A DNA stretch of 64,000 bases. Origin: Halocafeteria seosinensis (taxonomy: Eukaryota). Below are positions 37,934 through 50,716 of this stretch, one piece after another; position 1 is the stretch's first letter, and the number at the start of each line of letters is the position of its first letter. The stretch is from NCBI GenBank assembly GCA_001687465.1, contig LVLI01000231.1:124001-188000 (forward strand), given 5' to 3'. A program made the position numbers and the translations under genes. The notes under the pieces were generated by a model. That model was not told the DNA's origin. It did no database searches and worked only from the letters and a program-made list of their open reading frames with translations.

Positions 37934-38649
37934 TTCATTGCTACATTCACTGCCATGAAAAGCGCACCTCACCAGGTCAATTTACAATATCCACTGACCG
38001 GCATACAAGTAAACAATTGCCTGACATGTACGAACATAGACGCATGCCACAATTCCACATGCCCAACTTCACAGCACCGCAACGGACTGGTTGAAGTTTG
38101 GGCAAATGGTTTATAAACCACCACTCGGCAATACGGGTCGTTATATTCTCCTCGAAGAGAGAAGCAACGCCTAAAGACCGAAGAATCTACCAGTTTGATG
38201 TATCTATTCTTAAAACTGATCAGTCACCACAACTATGTGGCACCGAACCGGCTCACCGTCACTTAGTGGTACAAACGTATATTGTGGCCCATGATTACTA
38301 CCGCTAAATGTAACTACATAATGTCTACATTGTATCATTCACAAGCGTGCTGTAGTGGACTGAGAGTTTGGCTCCTCTGTTGCAAGGAGATCAACTTTAC
38401 TGACTTCGCGGATTGTTCAAGTTGAAGACAAAACGACAAAAAGGGACGTTTGGGGGAAGCAAAGGGAGAAAAATCCAAAAAGAGTTCTCATTGTCGTTCC
38501 CCAAAAGGAAAAGATCTTTCCAAAAAAAGTTTTCCAATTTATTACCCTTATCGCTGATGGAGTTGCCAGTGAGACTTTTTCGTGGCCACTGAGTAAATAT
38601 TACTGTATTACGTAATACACTTGCACTTGTTGTATCTGACCTAATCAAC

Positions 38650-40660
38650 ATGTTATCCACGCGATTCGTCGGTGCACGAAGTTCGGCGGCAGCCGCTGCC
38701 AAAGTGGCTAAACGCTCTCTTGTAGCTCCATTGCGCAGCAATTCAACCGCGACGAGAGCCATGACCAATGGTGGACGCTTCGCGGCCTCTGCACTCAGTG
38801 GTGCTACCGGCAGCAGCTTCCTCAAGAATGCTGAGCAGTGGAATTTGGACAGGAACGGAGGCATGTCGTTCTCCACGGTGTCGAATCCAAACGCGCTGGG
38901 AACTCAAACGACAGCCGCCGATTTAGGGCTCACCATCAAAGACCCTAAGGACGTTAGTGGTGCGAATCCACACAAGATGCGTAATCTCTGTAAGTGCCTT
39001 TTTGTTGATGCCGTAGTTTTAAGCACTGACCGTTCTGCGCTTGGGTACAGTGAATGGGGAATGGCAAGAGTCCAAAGAATACGTGGACACTGTTGATCCC
39101 TGGAACGGAGAGGCCTTCATAAAAACGCCGAACACGACTGTGGATGAATTGCCCGAATTCATCAGATCCTCCAAGCGGTGCCCGAAAACTGGCTTACACA
39201 ACCCTTTGAAGAACCCCCATCGCTACCAAGAACTGGCGCATGTTTCCAATAAAGCTGGGGAGTTGCTCCGTGGGAAGATGGGAGACTATTTTGCTAGGTT
39301 AATTCAACGGGTCTCCCCCAAATCCTACACTCAGGCTATGGGGGAAGTCAACATCGCCGCCCAGTTCCTTGAGAATTTCTCTGGAGACCAAGTGCGCTTC
39401 ATGACTCGATCTTTCGGTGTCCCTGGTGACCACACCGGTCAAATGAGCACAGGCTATCGTTGGCCTTTTGGACCCTGCGCACTCATCACGCCGTTCAACT
39501 TTCCCTTGGAAATTCCTGTACTTCAATTGATGGGCGCTCTTTTCATGGGAAATAAGGTCACACTTAAGGTATGCTGTGCTCCCGGGACGGTTATACTATT
39601 CGATCAATACGGATTGAAACGTTTGTGAATGATGATGCAGGTGGATTCAAAGGTATCAGTGGTAATGGAACAATTTCTTCAAATGTTGCATGCCTGCGGA
39701 TTACCAAAGACGGATGTGGACTTCATCAACTGCGACGGCGAAGTGATGGGAAGATTTATTCGCTCTGCGAAACCGCGAAATACTCAGTTTACTGGATCTT
39801 CAAAGACTGCTGAGAAGCTTGCTAAGGTAACTCATGGGAAGGTGAAGCTGGAAGACGCGGGCTTCGACTGGAAGATCCTCGGGCCGGACGCTCCTGTTTC
39901 GAGGAGTAATCCGCTGCCAGACCGTGTGAGAGAGGAGGTTGATTACGTTGCCTGGCAATGTGATCAAGATGCCTATGCTTGCTCCGGCCAAAAGTGCAGT
40001 GCCCAAAGCATATTGTTTGCTCATAAGAGATGGACCACCCAAACCCACTTGCTACAGAAGATGCAAGAACTCGCAGAGCGACGCAACATGCAGGATCAAA
40101 CTGTTGGACCTGTTTTGACTTGGACAACGGATGCAATGTTGAACCATATAAATGAGCTGCTGAATATTGAGGGTGCTAAGGTGCTGTGGGGAGGTAAAGC
40201 CCTCACCGGGCATTCAATCCCTTCGCAGTATGGTGCGATCGAACCGACAGCTGTCTACGTTCCTTTCAGCAAGTTGAAAAATAAGAAGAATTTCGACCTT
40301 GCTACAACTGAAGTCTTTGCGCCATTCCAGGTAATCACGGACTACGAGACTCGTCAAGTGCCTTATCTTCTCCGTATGCTGGAGCGTATGAACCATCATC
40401 TCACAGCCGCTGTGGTCTCCAAGGATGAGCGCTTCCGAAACCAGATTCTTGCTCATACCGTAAATGGCACAACATATTCCGGGATTCGCGGTCGAACCAC
40501 CGGTGCTCCCCAAAACCATTGGTTTGGCCCTGCCGGTGATCCTCGCAATGCTGGCATTGGAACCCCCGAAGCAATCAAATTGGTTTGGAGTTGCCATCGC
40601 GAGATCATTAGCGACATTGGTCCAATCCCCAGCGAGTTCCAGATACCGCCAGCCACGTAA
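38650..40660 (+). CDS. ALDH12: ALDH12-type delta-1-pyrroline-5-carboxylate / glutamate-semialdehyde dehydrogenase, mitochondrial presequence; introns about 38991-39050 and 39569-39640
   Basis: ITPFNFPLEIP, FTGSS, KLEDAGFDWKILGPD, DAYACSGQKCSAQS, TTGAPQNHWFGPAGDPR, TPEAIKLVWSCHREII. Confidence 0.93.
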
Positions 40661-40854
40661 ACGGGTAGTGTCCGATTAGATTTTTATTCCTAAAGTCTTT
40701 TCCATGGATTATCACTCTCGCGCTTCAATGGAGAAAGAATTACAACATACTATGGTGTGAATATTCTTTTTGTAGTCTACATGTGCTACAAATGTTAACA
40801 CGTGGCGCACTTTATATCATTGGGCAGTGCGTTGTGCCCAATCCATTTCAGATT

Positions 40855-41740
40855 CTACTGATGCTCTTCCGTCTTTTTCATGCCCACTCGCTCTTTCAAT
40901 GATTCGTATGCCTCATGATTAGCGTGCTTATAACTATCAACCTTCCGACCGACCCCTTCGAATTTCTTCATCTTCCAGCCATCATGTAACTTGTTGACGC
41001 CCGCAGCCTTTGACTCTTCATGTTCCGCCGTCCTGCCAAACATGGAGATCGTCCTAAGCTCATTTCCAAGGGTTGTATTTTTCTTTGTTGACTGAGACTT
41101 CTGCTCCTGTTTCTTGCTAGCCGCAGTGCGCCTTGGGTACTTTCTCTCGTGTCTGTCGGGATCGTGACAATAAGCATTTTCCACAATGGCCTTGAAGGGA
41201 GTAGATGGTCTGTCAACGGCAATCCCATGGACCATGGTACTTTGGTCTTTCTCAAACGGCTTATCTGAGGGGGCCGCAGCTTCTCGACTATCCCACTGGG
41301 TGACAGCAGCTTTTACTCCCTCTGCTTCCCATCCGGCTTTCATACCGAAGGTATAATCTGGTGGAGGAAGCTTGCATGTTGCCGGTCTGGGCTTTCCAAG
41401 TCGATCCTTGACCAACAGTGGGTTGTATCCCTGCCCTTGTTCCCCACATACCGAATTAACGAACCTGCATCGCAATGATTATCAGGTCCTCGTTACCATC
41501 GGAGGTTGGGGTTGCAACCGTGACTTACCAGTCCACAAATTCCTCCTCTCCAATCACTCTGTCGCGATCTGCGCCTAAGTCTTGTAACATGAAGTGGATC
41601 TCCTCTTCGGTGGGGTGGGATCCCGTCAACATGTAAAGAACGTTTCTAATCTGTGGGACGCGTAGTTCCTGCCCACTCTTGCCATCCGCCTCCCTGCGAA
41701 ATGCCGCTGTCGCATCTCGTTTCACCTGTCCGACCTTCAT
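40855..41740 (-). CDS. CFAP77: CFAP77-like axonemal protein with N-terminal degenerate EF-hand pair; intron 41528-41465
   Basis: NPLLVKDRLGKPRPATCKLPPPDYTFG, HGIAVDRPSTPFKAIVEN, WKMKKFEGV resemble DUF4483. Exon 1 has PTEEEIHFMLQDLGADRDRVIGEEEF. Confidence 0.72.
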
Positions 41741-43428
41741 TTCTACTTATGGTGAGGATCAGCCTTCTTTTCCCGTGCAACCAAAATACGGGTTTTATGC
41801 TTGCGATCTAGCTAACAGCTACCGTACGGTATAGGCGTTGAGGTTCCGTTGGGTTTTGGCGCGTGGAATCGCAAGTGTTCAACGAGCAAAACAACAAAAC
41901 CTAATATCGTCGCCGTGTTGGTAATTCACGCAGCAGTAGAGAAGAGACAAAAATCAATCGACGCTTCGAAAATCAATGGGCAAACAACTCTTTATGACAG
42001 GAGGCATAGAATCACTTGCATCGGTCGCAGCCAGCTTCACAAGCGCTACTTCGCCGGGGCCGGGAGGAATCTGACGGCTCCTCGTACAAGCTTAGCGGTC
42101 ACGCGGTGTCTTAACTATTTTATCCACGAGATTGTACTAATGGCTCGTAGCAGTTACTCTGTGACTCACAGCTATGAACTATATTCGAGTATGGCCACGA
42201 AAAGAGTATCCCTTTCCTTGCTTCACATCCTGTTTCCTAAATTCCTTGCCCTTTGATAAGAAGACTTATATACCATTGCATCAATATCACTTCTTGGAAA
42301 TATCCATTTTTTATGGAATCAAGTAGTTCACTCAGTGAAGTGGCCTAGGTCGCCTGAATTACGGATATTCGACTGTGGAATTCCTCCACCCTATCAGAAT
42401 CAAATGGCAGTACTTCAACAAGAGGAACCGAGGGATGAACGTGACCCATAAATAGAAGCATTTACAAAGGTTTGATAGTCAAGAGGAAATTTGTCATTGT
42501 CTTATGTAAGCAAGACTACGTAGTGTGAACCCTTGTACGAGCTAAAGGGAACCGCATAGAGACATGCAAGGAACGCAACGCAAACGAAGAAAATCTGAAG
42601 GGGAGTATTTCAGGGAAAATAAGGCCTTTTCCCTTCTTGGAAACATATACCGGAGTGCCGCCGTATGAACTCTATCAGAGCTTCTACAAGCTTTGGAGGA
42701 TTTGCTGCAAAAGTGCAGAGAATGCCAGCAAGCGATTATCGCTGAGATAACAGGAGAATCCAGGTGAAGAAGTCTGTGAGAAATCACTTCGAGACATTGT
42801 TGAAGGTTGCAGATACATTGATCATGATGAACTCGTTGGAAACTGCAAGGTAATTAGATTGGCCGCAAACGAGCGGGAGGATAAATCCACTGGCAAGTAT
42901 CCCCGGAACGCGCAAATTCCCATCCTCAATCGTGTATCTTTCACTGGAAACGAATTCAGGGGATACGGAAATCCAGTACATCGCGCACTTCGCGCTGAAG
43001 GAGTTGAGCAAGCGTGATGGGCCAGAAATACGAGAAGAAGCTGAGAACATATCTTCTCTCGTAAAAGCGAACAGCGCCATTGCTATCTTGTATCCGAAGA
43101 CACAGCGGGAACGGGGCTGGGTAAGGTGTACGGGCATAACTCCCCAACGCTCAGTAACAGCGAGACACCAATGCATCCTTGGCCCATCTTTCTGGATCAT
43201 GCACTAGTGGGAGAGAGGGCATTTTTCGAAACCTGCAGCCGCACAATGTTCCCACGCTTTCTTTGCATCGCAAGCCTCTTGAAGGAAAAGAGTGTCTATC
43301 GCTTGAGGATCTACATATAATAACCAGAGATCGCTTAAAGAAAAGACTCTCCTTGGGACCAAACGCAGCAGCCACAATTCAATAATGTTGGTGTTACACC
43401 TAAAGTGTGTTATGGCACATCAGAGCAG

Positions 43429-44577
43429 CTAGGTAGTGCTCGAGGCATACACCATGAGAATCGCACCCGTGAACAAGAAAGTAAACATTGACTTCCAGGT
43501 AGATAGTATCATCTCCGTAGGATATAATTGACTCTCGGGAACTGCCGTAGTACGCATGTCCTTATCCTTATATGCGTCTTCTGCATTAATTCTCCCATTC
43601 CAGAAAATCGTCGCTCCCACGGCAGACAGTGCACCACCCACAATCTGGGTTGCTCGGGGAACTGTTAGAGAAATAACCGACGACACAGCCAGAACGAATA
43701 TTCGCTTCATTACGTTCAACACCGAATGAGTAGGGGGTGTCACGTGTCGCAAGACGGAAAAGCTTGACAAGCTATACACGGCATGGCTGATGCCTATCGT
43801 CACAAGAAGGACGAGTGTTGCTGAATATAGCTCAATGCTGGGCTCCCAGGATAGCCAGTAAAGTCCCTCAACCGCGAAGAACACTGCCAAGAAAAACAGG
43901 GAGATTAACGAGATCAATTGGAACTGGGCAATGCTTGTCCATTGTGACAACGAAGCGTTGGCATCAGAGGACTGCTTGGTCTGTATTTTGGTAAACACTG
44001 ACCGAACACTGAAGCACAAATTGCTGGCGATAGCGGGAAAGCAATTTCGGAGACTGCCGCTCAGAGCATCCACATCTGTCAAAATATCTAGTGGAACTGC
44101 CGAAAGCACTAGGCCCATGGCTAAAACAACGGCAGCACTTATAACTTGCACGCTAAACGTCACTCTCGATATAACTCTGGCCAGTACCATCGTGGTGAGA
44201 GGCTCACATGCTTTGATCAGATACGTCGTCACCACTCCACTGGATTGCAGACTCTTGATGGTCATCCATGTCCCGACTGTATGCACGGCTCCAATGTTGA
44301 ATACCAGTGCAAGTTTGTTTCGGGGGAGAATTTTCCAAGCATATTTGTCCTCCTTCCGTCGAAGAATTGCGCATAGGCATATCCCTGTCAAGAAGCATAG
44401 CTCGCAGAGTATCGTCACTCGCAGAGAATCACGTCTGTTTGTATTCTCGAGGGCCGTCACCTTCGGTGGCTCCGCCTCTGTAGTGGACTCATCCTTCAAA
44501 AACTTGCGGCTCTGAATCCCGAAACATGCCGTTGTGGTGTACCATATCAGCAGGCTCAGCCAGAATTTTTTCTCCAT
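43429..44577 (-). CDS. Triose-phosphate/nucleotide-sugar transporter family (DMT, SLC35E-like)
   Basis: About 10 hydrophobic helices; IKACEPL, SNLCFSVRSVFTK, PPTHSVLNVMKR. Confidence 0.85.
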   Translation of the reverse strand: MEKKFWLSLLIWYTTTACFGIQSRKFLKDESTTEAEPPKVTALENTNRRDSLRVTILCELCFLTGICLCAILRRKEDKYAWKILPRNKLALVFNIGAVHTVGTWMTIKSLQSSGVVTTYLIKACEPLTTMVLARVISRVTFSVQVISAAVVLAMGLVLSAVPLDILTDVDALSGSLRNCFPAIASNLCFSVRSVFTKIQTKQSSDANASLSQWTSIAQFQLISLISLFFLAVFFAVEGLYWLSWEPSIELYSATLVLLVTIGISHAVYSLSSFSVLRHVTPPTHSVLNVMKRIFVLAVSSVISLTVPRATQIVGGALSAVGATIFWNGRINAEDAYKDKDMRTTAVPESQLYPTEMILSTWKSMFTFLFTGAILMVYASSTT

Positions 44578-44751
44578 GTGCGTGTGGGGTGGCTACTACG
44601 CCGTCCTCGGTGTTTCCTGCTAGAGAGAAACAATCCACGAGAAAAATACAATGTGCAACTTCAATCAGCACGAGTTGGAAGCTCAGAACTTGGAATCTGG
44701 TACTGCCGTACTGCTCAAAGCGGTGGTTACATGTTGACATTTCTTTTAAAT

Positions 44752-47700
44752 TCAGCGTGAATATGAGGTACCACCTTCTGTAGATACGGTTCGTGATTCA
44801 TCGCCAAGATCCGTATCTGACCTCGTAGCGCTAGTAGCGCTAGAGTATCCGTAGTCCTCCGAATACGCGTCAGCTTCCCCGCGATGGATAGCTAACGACC
44901 CCGCACTTGATGGTGAATGAAAATACATGTCGGCACCAACAATATTGGAACGCATTCGAGACCATTCTCTGGCAACAGTTTGTGCAGAAGGCCTTGCATA
45001 GGGGCTGTTCATGGGAGACCTGCCGGCAGTTAATCGTGCTTTTAAGCTTTCCACAAAATCTCCGAGTCGATGATGAGGAACGACGACTACACCATCATCT
45101 TGAGGAAGCGTCCACGTAGATTTCCGCGTATACGCATTGTAGTAGTATCTATCGTACGAAGACGGAGCGGAGCGACGCTCTCCAAGCGGCACTTCAACCC
45201 ACACTTGTTCCAACTTCTTGACTGAGTTGAGCGATCTCTCTAATCTCTGGCTCTCGACACTTGCTTCAGAACTACGTCTGTACTCTCCTCCCGGAGAAGC
45301 CCAGGGATGATGATTTGGTTGAATGTACGCCTGTATAGAATTGGAAAATGCTGATGGGTTCGCTATCGTGCTGCCAACGTAATTTGTTGACACGGCAGAC
45401 GAATCATCATTGCTGCCTCTTTCACGTGGAGCTACTGAACCTGCTTCATTTCTGGCTGATGGTTTTGATGTCTGTTCCTTCTGTTCACTGGTTTTTCGGG
45501 GAGGAGTTAAAACAGCGAGCTGTTTCAAAAGGGTAGCCAGCTCCTTTATGGCGTCTTGAGCAGTACTGATTTTCTTATCCCGGGAAGAGTGAGGCACCGA
45601 CAAATTTCGGGTACCGCCAGTGTACTGTTTCTTTCCCTTTTTAATGGAAGAATTAAGGGTCGTTTGCTTGTGCACTGTATCCTTCTTGGTGGCCGTAGCC
45701 GTAGCCTCCTCAACTTGCCCTTGATGCTTGTACCTTAACCTATTTATGACCGTTCGCAATCGCCGGAGCAATCGTCGCCTCTTCTGGATAGCATCATCAC
45801 TTAGATTTGATTCATACTGATTGTCTTGTTCCGCCGCTCCTAGTAACGCTGTAGACCGTTCAATTATTCCCTGAATAGACGTAATATCGCCCAGGACTCC
45901 GCCCTCATCGTCCTCTTTTTTCCTTCCTGTCGGAGCATCCGCTTTCTTGTCTCTAGTGCCCAATGCCTTTTTCGTATCCTTCGTTTTTGATCCCTCTTTG
46001 CTACCCATTTTTCTTGATGCCTCTTGGAAGGTGACAGGAGGGCGCGTAGGAGTAGCAGGAGGAGGTGGCGACCGTTCAGGTGGTGGTGGATGCGTGGATT
46101 CACTTCCGAATTTATGATCCCTTTTGGCTGATGCATTTTGCTCATAAGACTCGTTATTTTGACCTACTCCTGCATTACCGTTGTGAGGTGGGCTGTATGA
46201 GGCGACAATGTGTTCCTCGAAATCCAGAGCATCATTTGGGTCCCACCAGGAGTCAAATCGTGTATCTCTGCCTCCGTCTCTTCGTCCATGTTGCAGCGCC
46301 CATTCAGGAACAATCCGACGACTCCGAGCAGGGGGTTCCTCCTCGAAACGTGTATCTGGCTCTTGGGTGCTGGTTTCGATGTCAGGTGCATCTTGTACTC
46401 TGAAAACCAAATCATAATATTTCGTAAACACTGTTTTCTGAGTTGGGGTCACTTTCCAGTCTTGTCCTTGATCCTTAGCCAACTTTTCCGCGAAGGCATA
46501 CGGCAACTCAGTAGCCACGTCCGTGTTCTCGTGATCCCCTTCGCCAGATGAAACTACGGCATTCGTACCTGTAGCGATGCCATTGCCGCTGCTAGACTGT
46601 TTTTCCTCTACGTGGATATGTACCGATTCCAGCTCCTGAGCTATATTTTCACCCGGCTTATAGTGGCGTTGAGGAGGATACAGGGGATCCACGGTAAGCG
46701 ATATTGCTTGCTGCATCATTCCTTCCACCAGCGCCTCATGAGTCTCAGTCGGCGTATCAAGGCAGGGGTTTTCAGAAATGTCTAAGAGCCAAGGTCGAAG
46801 GTCTTCATCGACTGCAAAATCAGCGCTAAGAATTTCGAAACAGCGCCTTCCCTTAATTCCTTGTCGAAGATGCGCCATGCAACCTCTCACAGTATCCGCC
46901 AATATCTTTCGGACGCGAGGAAGTAGAACGCGTTCCAGTGACTCCGGTGAAAACTCAGTATCTTGTTCCAGATGTTTCCTCAGGTCCTCCAGGTACAAAA
47001 CATTGCCCAAATACTCTACTCCGAAGCTATTGCTTTCTTGTTGTAGTCCGGTGCTGGTAAAGTGAACCCTCCGTACAAATCTATTGTAGCCCGTCTCACC
47101 GTCGGAAAGATGTTCTCCAGTCATTTCATAATCTTCACTGGATATTAGGAAATGTGGCTGTCGATGGACGAAAACATCAAAGCTATCGGTAATGAGCATC
47201 CAAGTTCTCATCGATATCTTTCGATTATTTACTAGGAGTGGCCTTTCAATACATTTCTGAACGATCCAGTCACTTTCTACAGCCTGAAGAAACCTCTTAA
47301 GCTCCCCGATATCTCCAAATATCCGTAACCCTCCTCCATCCATACCGTATACCGGCTTCACGATCCATAAATTCGAAAGGCAATGTTTCCCTGGAAGCCT
47401 GAGCGTGCTACATTGCCCAGCGCTAAGCTCATGAAAACGTTTGGAAAATTCTGACCATACTCTTGCTTGATCCGTGGACAATTTCGACAGTGACCCAGGG
47501 AAGTAGAAAGTTGCGGGGCAGACGTCGAACACATGTTTGGAGCGTGATCCTTCCCGCTGTGTCATCTTCATACCGTTGTTTATGGTTTGAATGAGAAGTG
47601 ATTTAGAACAGAGGTGCTTATTGTTGGGAAAGTGATTTATAGTTTGGTACCTCCGGATAGCCTTGCTGTAATGGTGCTCCTCAGTTAACAAGCTGCGTAC

Positions 47701-48276
47701 CCATAGTTATACAGGTCCACGTGAATTCGCTTCATTGGAAGCACCTAGAAACCCGCCAATAGAACTTACTCATATAGAGACTTCAGTCCGTATCCGAGAT
47801 TCACATGTAACGTATCGCTCCAGAGCAGGTTGAATCGATTGAAGTGGATGACATCGTCTATGATATGTCGCTTGATGAAACGCTCGCGATTACTTCGAGA
47901 TTGGTCTCCGAGGCCAATTTCCAATAGTGGTTCCGCTTTCTCTGTTAACTGAACCCCATAGTGCACATGCAATTTACATGCACATCAAAATAACGCTGAC
48001 ACATTTTGGAGTCTGAGTTCTGACTTGACTCACCTTCCACCAGTGCCGTTTCTCCACAAGTTCCTGCATGACCAAATCCAGGCTATGGTCGGCATTCAGG
48101 GGGACCATCGCATACTGTTTTTCTGTATCATTGTTTGCCCGTTTCTTTCTTGGCGACTGTATCTGTGCAGCGGACACCGATATATCTTGGTCCTTTTGGA
48201 GCTGGCGGCTGGTTTGAGTGGTGCTTGCAGCATTCTGTGCAAGGCATTTGGAGGAAAACGCGGTAGATGTCGACAT
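44752..48276 (-). CDS. Tubulin-tyrosine-ligase-like (TTLL) protein with C-terminal WW domain; introns 48033-47949 and 47769-47693
   Basis: INHFP..LCSK, WIVKP, WIVQKCIERPLL..RK, FEILSADF, PWLLDISENP; WW-like WVEV..YYYNAYTRKSTWTLP. Confidence 0.85.
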
Positions 48277-48585
48277 CTTCTCTGTTCACTCCCTCTCCTC
48301 CCAGTAGCAACGTATGGGGAAAAACTTTTTGAGTTGGGGTACTCAATACTCCCAGGAATCGCTTATAACCTCGTCTCGCTGCTTAACCGTAAGTAGCCGA
48401 CAAACAAAAGTGGGACCTTGGTAGGCCCTGAACTTAGAGCTTTCCGATGCGATACACGGAAGATGGAGAATCATTGTGTATTACCGCTAATTGTTGGATA
48501 AACGAGCATAACGCTGAGGTCTCAGTCGTTGTTGCTCTGGTGCAATAGAGCACGCAATACAGTTCGAGGAAGTGCTGGGCACGGT

Positions 48586-49239
48586 ATGCAGTTCCGACAG
48601 ATAGCAAATGCATGTTTTACAATGCAGAGGTACTCTGCTAAGGTTATGAGCTGGGGTGGGAAGCTAGGTCTTTCCAGCGCGATTAGACCCGGTGGCAGTC
48701 TGATGGAGCGACGCTTCGCAATGGGAATTTCGACAGCAGGTGGTGGACGAACCATTAGGGATCTTCACACATCAGTACCCATGTCCATGGGAAAGAAATT
48801 AAACAAGAAGGACGACTCTTCCGGGTACAAGAAAAATCCTTCACCAAAGGCTCCCTACTTGAAAGATGTGCTAAGGCAGTTTCAGATGAAAGTGCATCCA
48901 GACTTCTTTGGGAAATTCCCGGAACTACAGGACAAAAACAATGAGAACCTCCAAGTATTAATGGGGGTTCTTAGCAGTGTTAAGAGTGGAGAAAAAAGCG
49001 AGCTAGTTGAACCTCAGAAGCATGATTTAGAATTTTTTTTAAGAACAGATAAAGAAGATCACTTTAAACGAGTACCACTAAAGCTTGACCTGAAAGGGGG
49101 CAACAGCAAGCATGTTCTAGGGCGACAACTGAGTACGCTGTTCAAGCACGCTGGTCTGCCGACAGAGTTTCACTGGGGAGAAGAGTATTGGAATATAAAA
49201 CTGATACAAGAACAGAAACCAAGCGATGACGAGCAATGA
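48586..49239 (+). CDS. DUF4460 (TCAIM N-terminal, J-like HPD) protein, probably mitochondrial
   Basis: LRQFQMKVHPDFFGKFPELQDKNNENLQVL; Arg/Ser-rich N-terminus. Start codon is uncertain. Confidence 0.75.
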   Translation: MQFRQIANACFTMQRYSAKVMSWGGKLGLSSAIRPGGSLMERRFAMGISTAGGGRTIRDLHTSVPMSMGKKLNKKDDSSGYKKNPSPKAPYLKDVLRQFQMKVHPDFFGKFPELQDKNNENLQVLMGVLSSVKSGEKSELVEPQKHDLEFFLRTDKEDHFKRVPLKLDLKGGNSKHVLGRQLSTLFKHAGLPTEFHWGEEYWNIKLIQEQKPSDDEQ

Positions 49240-49478
49240 GCGCTTACGGTGGACAGAAGACGAGACGGGACAAGTCCAGCAGCTAGCGGTACAACCACGT
49301 TAGTGAAATTAGACGGAGGTTAATGGTATGAGTGGAATCCACGTATGTCGTATGTTGACTAAATGTTCGAGAGTCCGACGTATTCCAGCGCGATGCATTC
49401 TCTACCGTATCCGGCTAGTAAAGACGAGTCCCATTCAATATACGAGAATCCTGTTTTGCCTAGCAAGCGAACTGAGCT

Positions 49479-50716
49479 CTATGCCCCGATAAGATTTTTT
49501 CGACACACTTTGATTGCCCGTATCAAGTGACTTTCATCTGAAAATGTCTCTTGAACATAAGAGATGGCTTCTGGGATGCCATTATCAAGGCATTGCTGGC
49601 GAGCAGGAGGATAGGAGCACATGGTAGCCAAAAGTTGCACAGTACTCATAACAACGGTGGTAATATGGGGGGCCTTAGGGTTTTTGCATGCCTCCCTGAG
49701 AATTGAAGCGAATATATCCATCCCACTCTCAATTATTTGTAGTTTTCCGTCTTTTTCGGTGGACAACAATCCAAGTGCTCCACATATGCTCCCTTGAGCC
49801 GACAGTGACACCCTACCATTTTTCAGTGTTTCCAAAAGGACCGGCACGGCATCTTTGTCGATTACCTCAACCTTATTATCAAACTGCTCCCCTAGTACTC
49901 TGATAAGTTTTATGGTTTGAACGAGAACTTCCTCCTCCTGTACTGAATGGTTCTTTAATACCTCTACCGCAGTTTCTACTACTCCGGCGGCGAACGCTTG
50001 TGCGCAAGCCCCTTGCTTGTTTTGTTTGCAGCATGAGTGAATAATGTGCAGAGCAAGACGTTTCGTCATGCAATCTTGCTCTACTTTTGCACGCTCTGCG
50101 AAGTGTTGAATAAACTCTCTCTCGGTCAGCGTATCTGCCCCGTCCTGAACTGTCGCGAGCTCTGACATTGCCAGCATTGAGAACTGCCTAACCGATGTCT
50201 CTTCATCACAGTTTAGAGTTCTCAAGGAGTCTAATGTGTCTGTTGAAGCACATAGAGCTGTGCGACCTACTGCCTGCTTGGATATTAGCATAAAACACTC
50301 AGCTGCTTGCCGCCTATTTCGAACTGTTACGTTGCTACTATTGTCTTGAATAAGCTGCGCTAAATGTGTGTGCAAGCCGGCTTTGGTGGCAGTGAAAACG
50401 TTCTTAGCCTGAGGTAGTAAGCGAATTGAATATAATAATACCTGCAACAAGAAGAAGTGAAATCATCCAATCCAACCAATGACTCTCCGTAGGAGCGCGC
50501 GCGTACCTGAGTTATCACTGTTGGGTCGTATTCTCCTTCTTGTGTGGGATCCAGTCTTTTGACCAGACAAGGAAATGTCAGACTCTCGAAGGCCAGAGTA
50601 ACGTTTTTTGGGTCTCGAACTGGCGGATCACCTTGTATGGCATGAGAACCAAAGACATGCTCTGGTGGCAGCAGTATGGATTGCTCCGTTTGCGTGCTCT
50701 GTGAGACGCTTGACAT
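49479..50716 (-). CDS. RSPH14: Armadillo-repeat radial spoke protein RSPH14/RTDR1-like; intron 50506-50442
   Basis: DPKNVTLAFESLTFPCLVKRL, VGRTAL, DGADTL, GALGLLSTEKDGK are collinear with recalled RSPH14. Confidence 0.7.

Noticed and set aside
38290..38363. Possible C/D snoRNA (ATGATTA..CTGA)
   Set aside because: Imperfect C box, no terminal stem and no recognisable rRNA antisense element.
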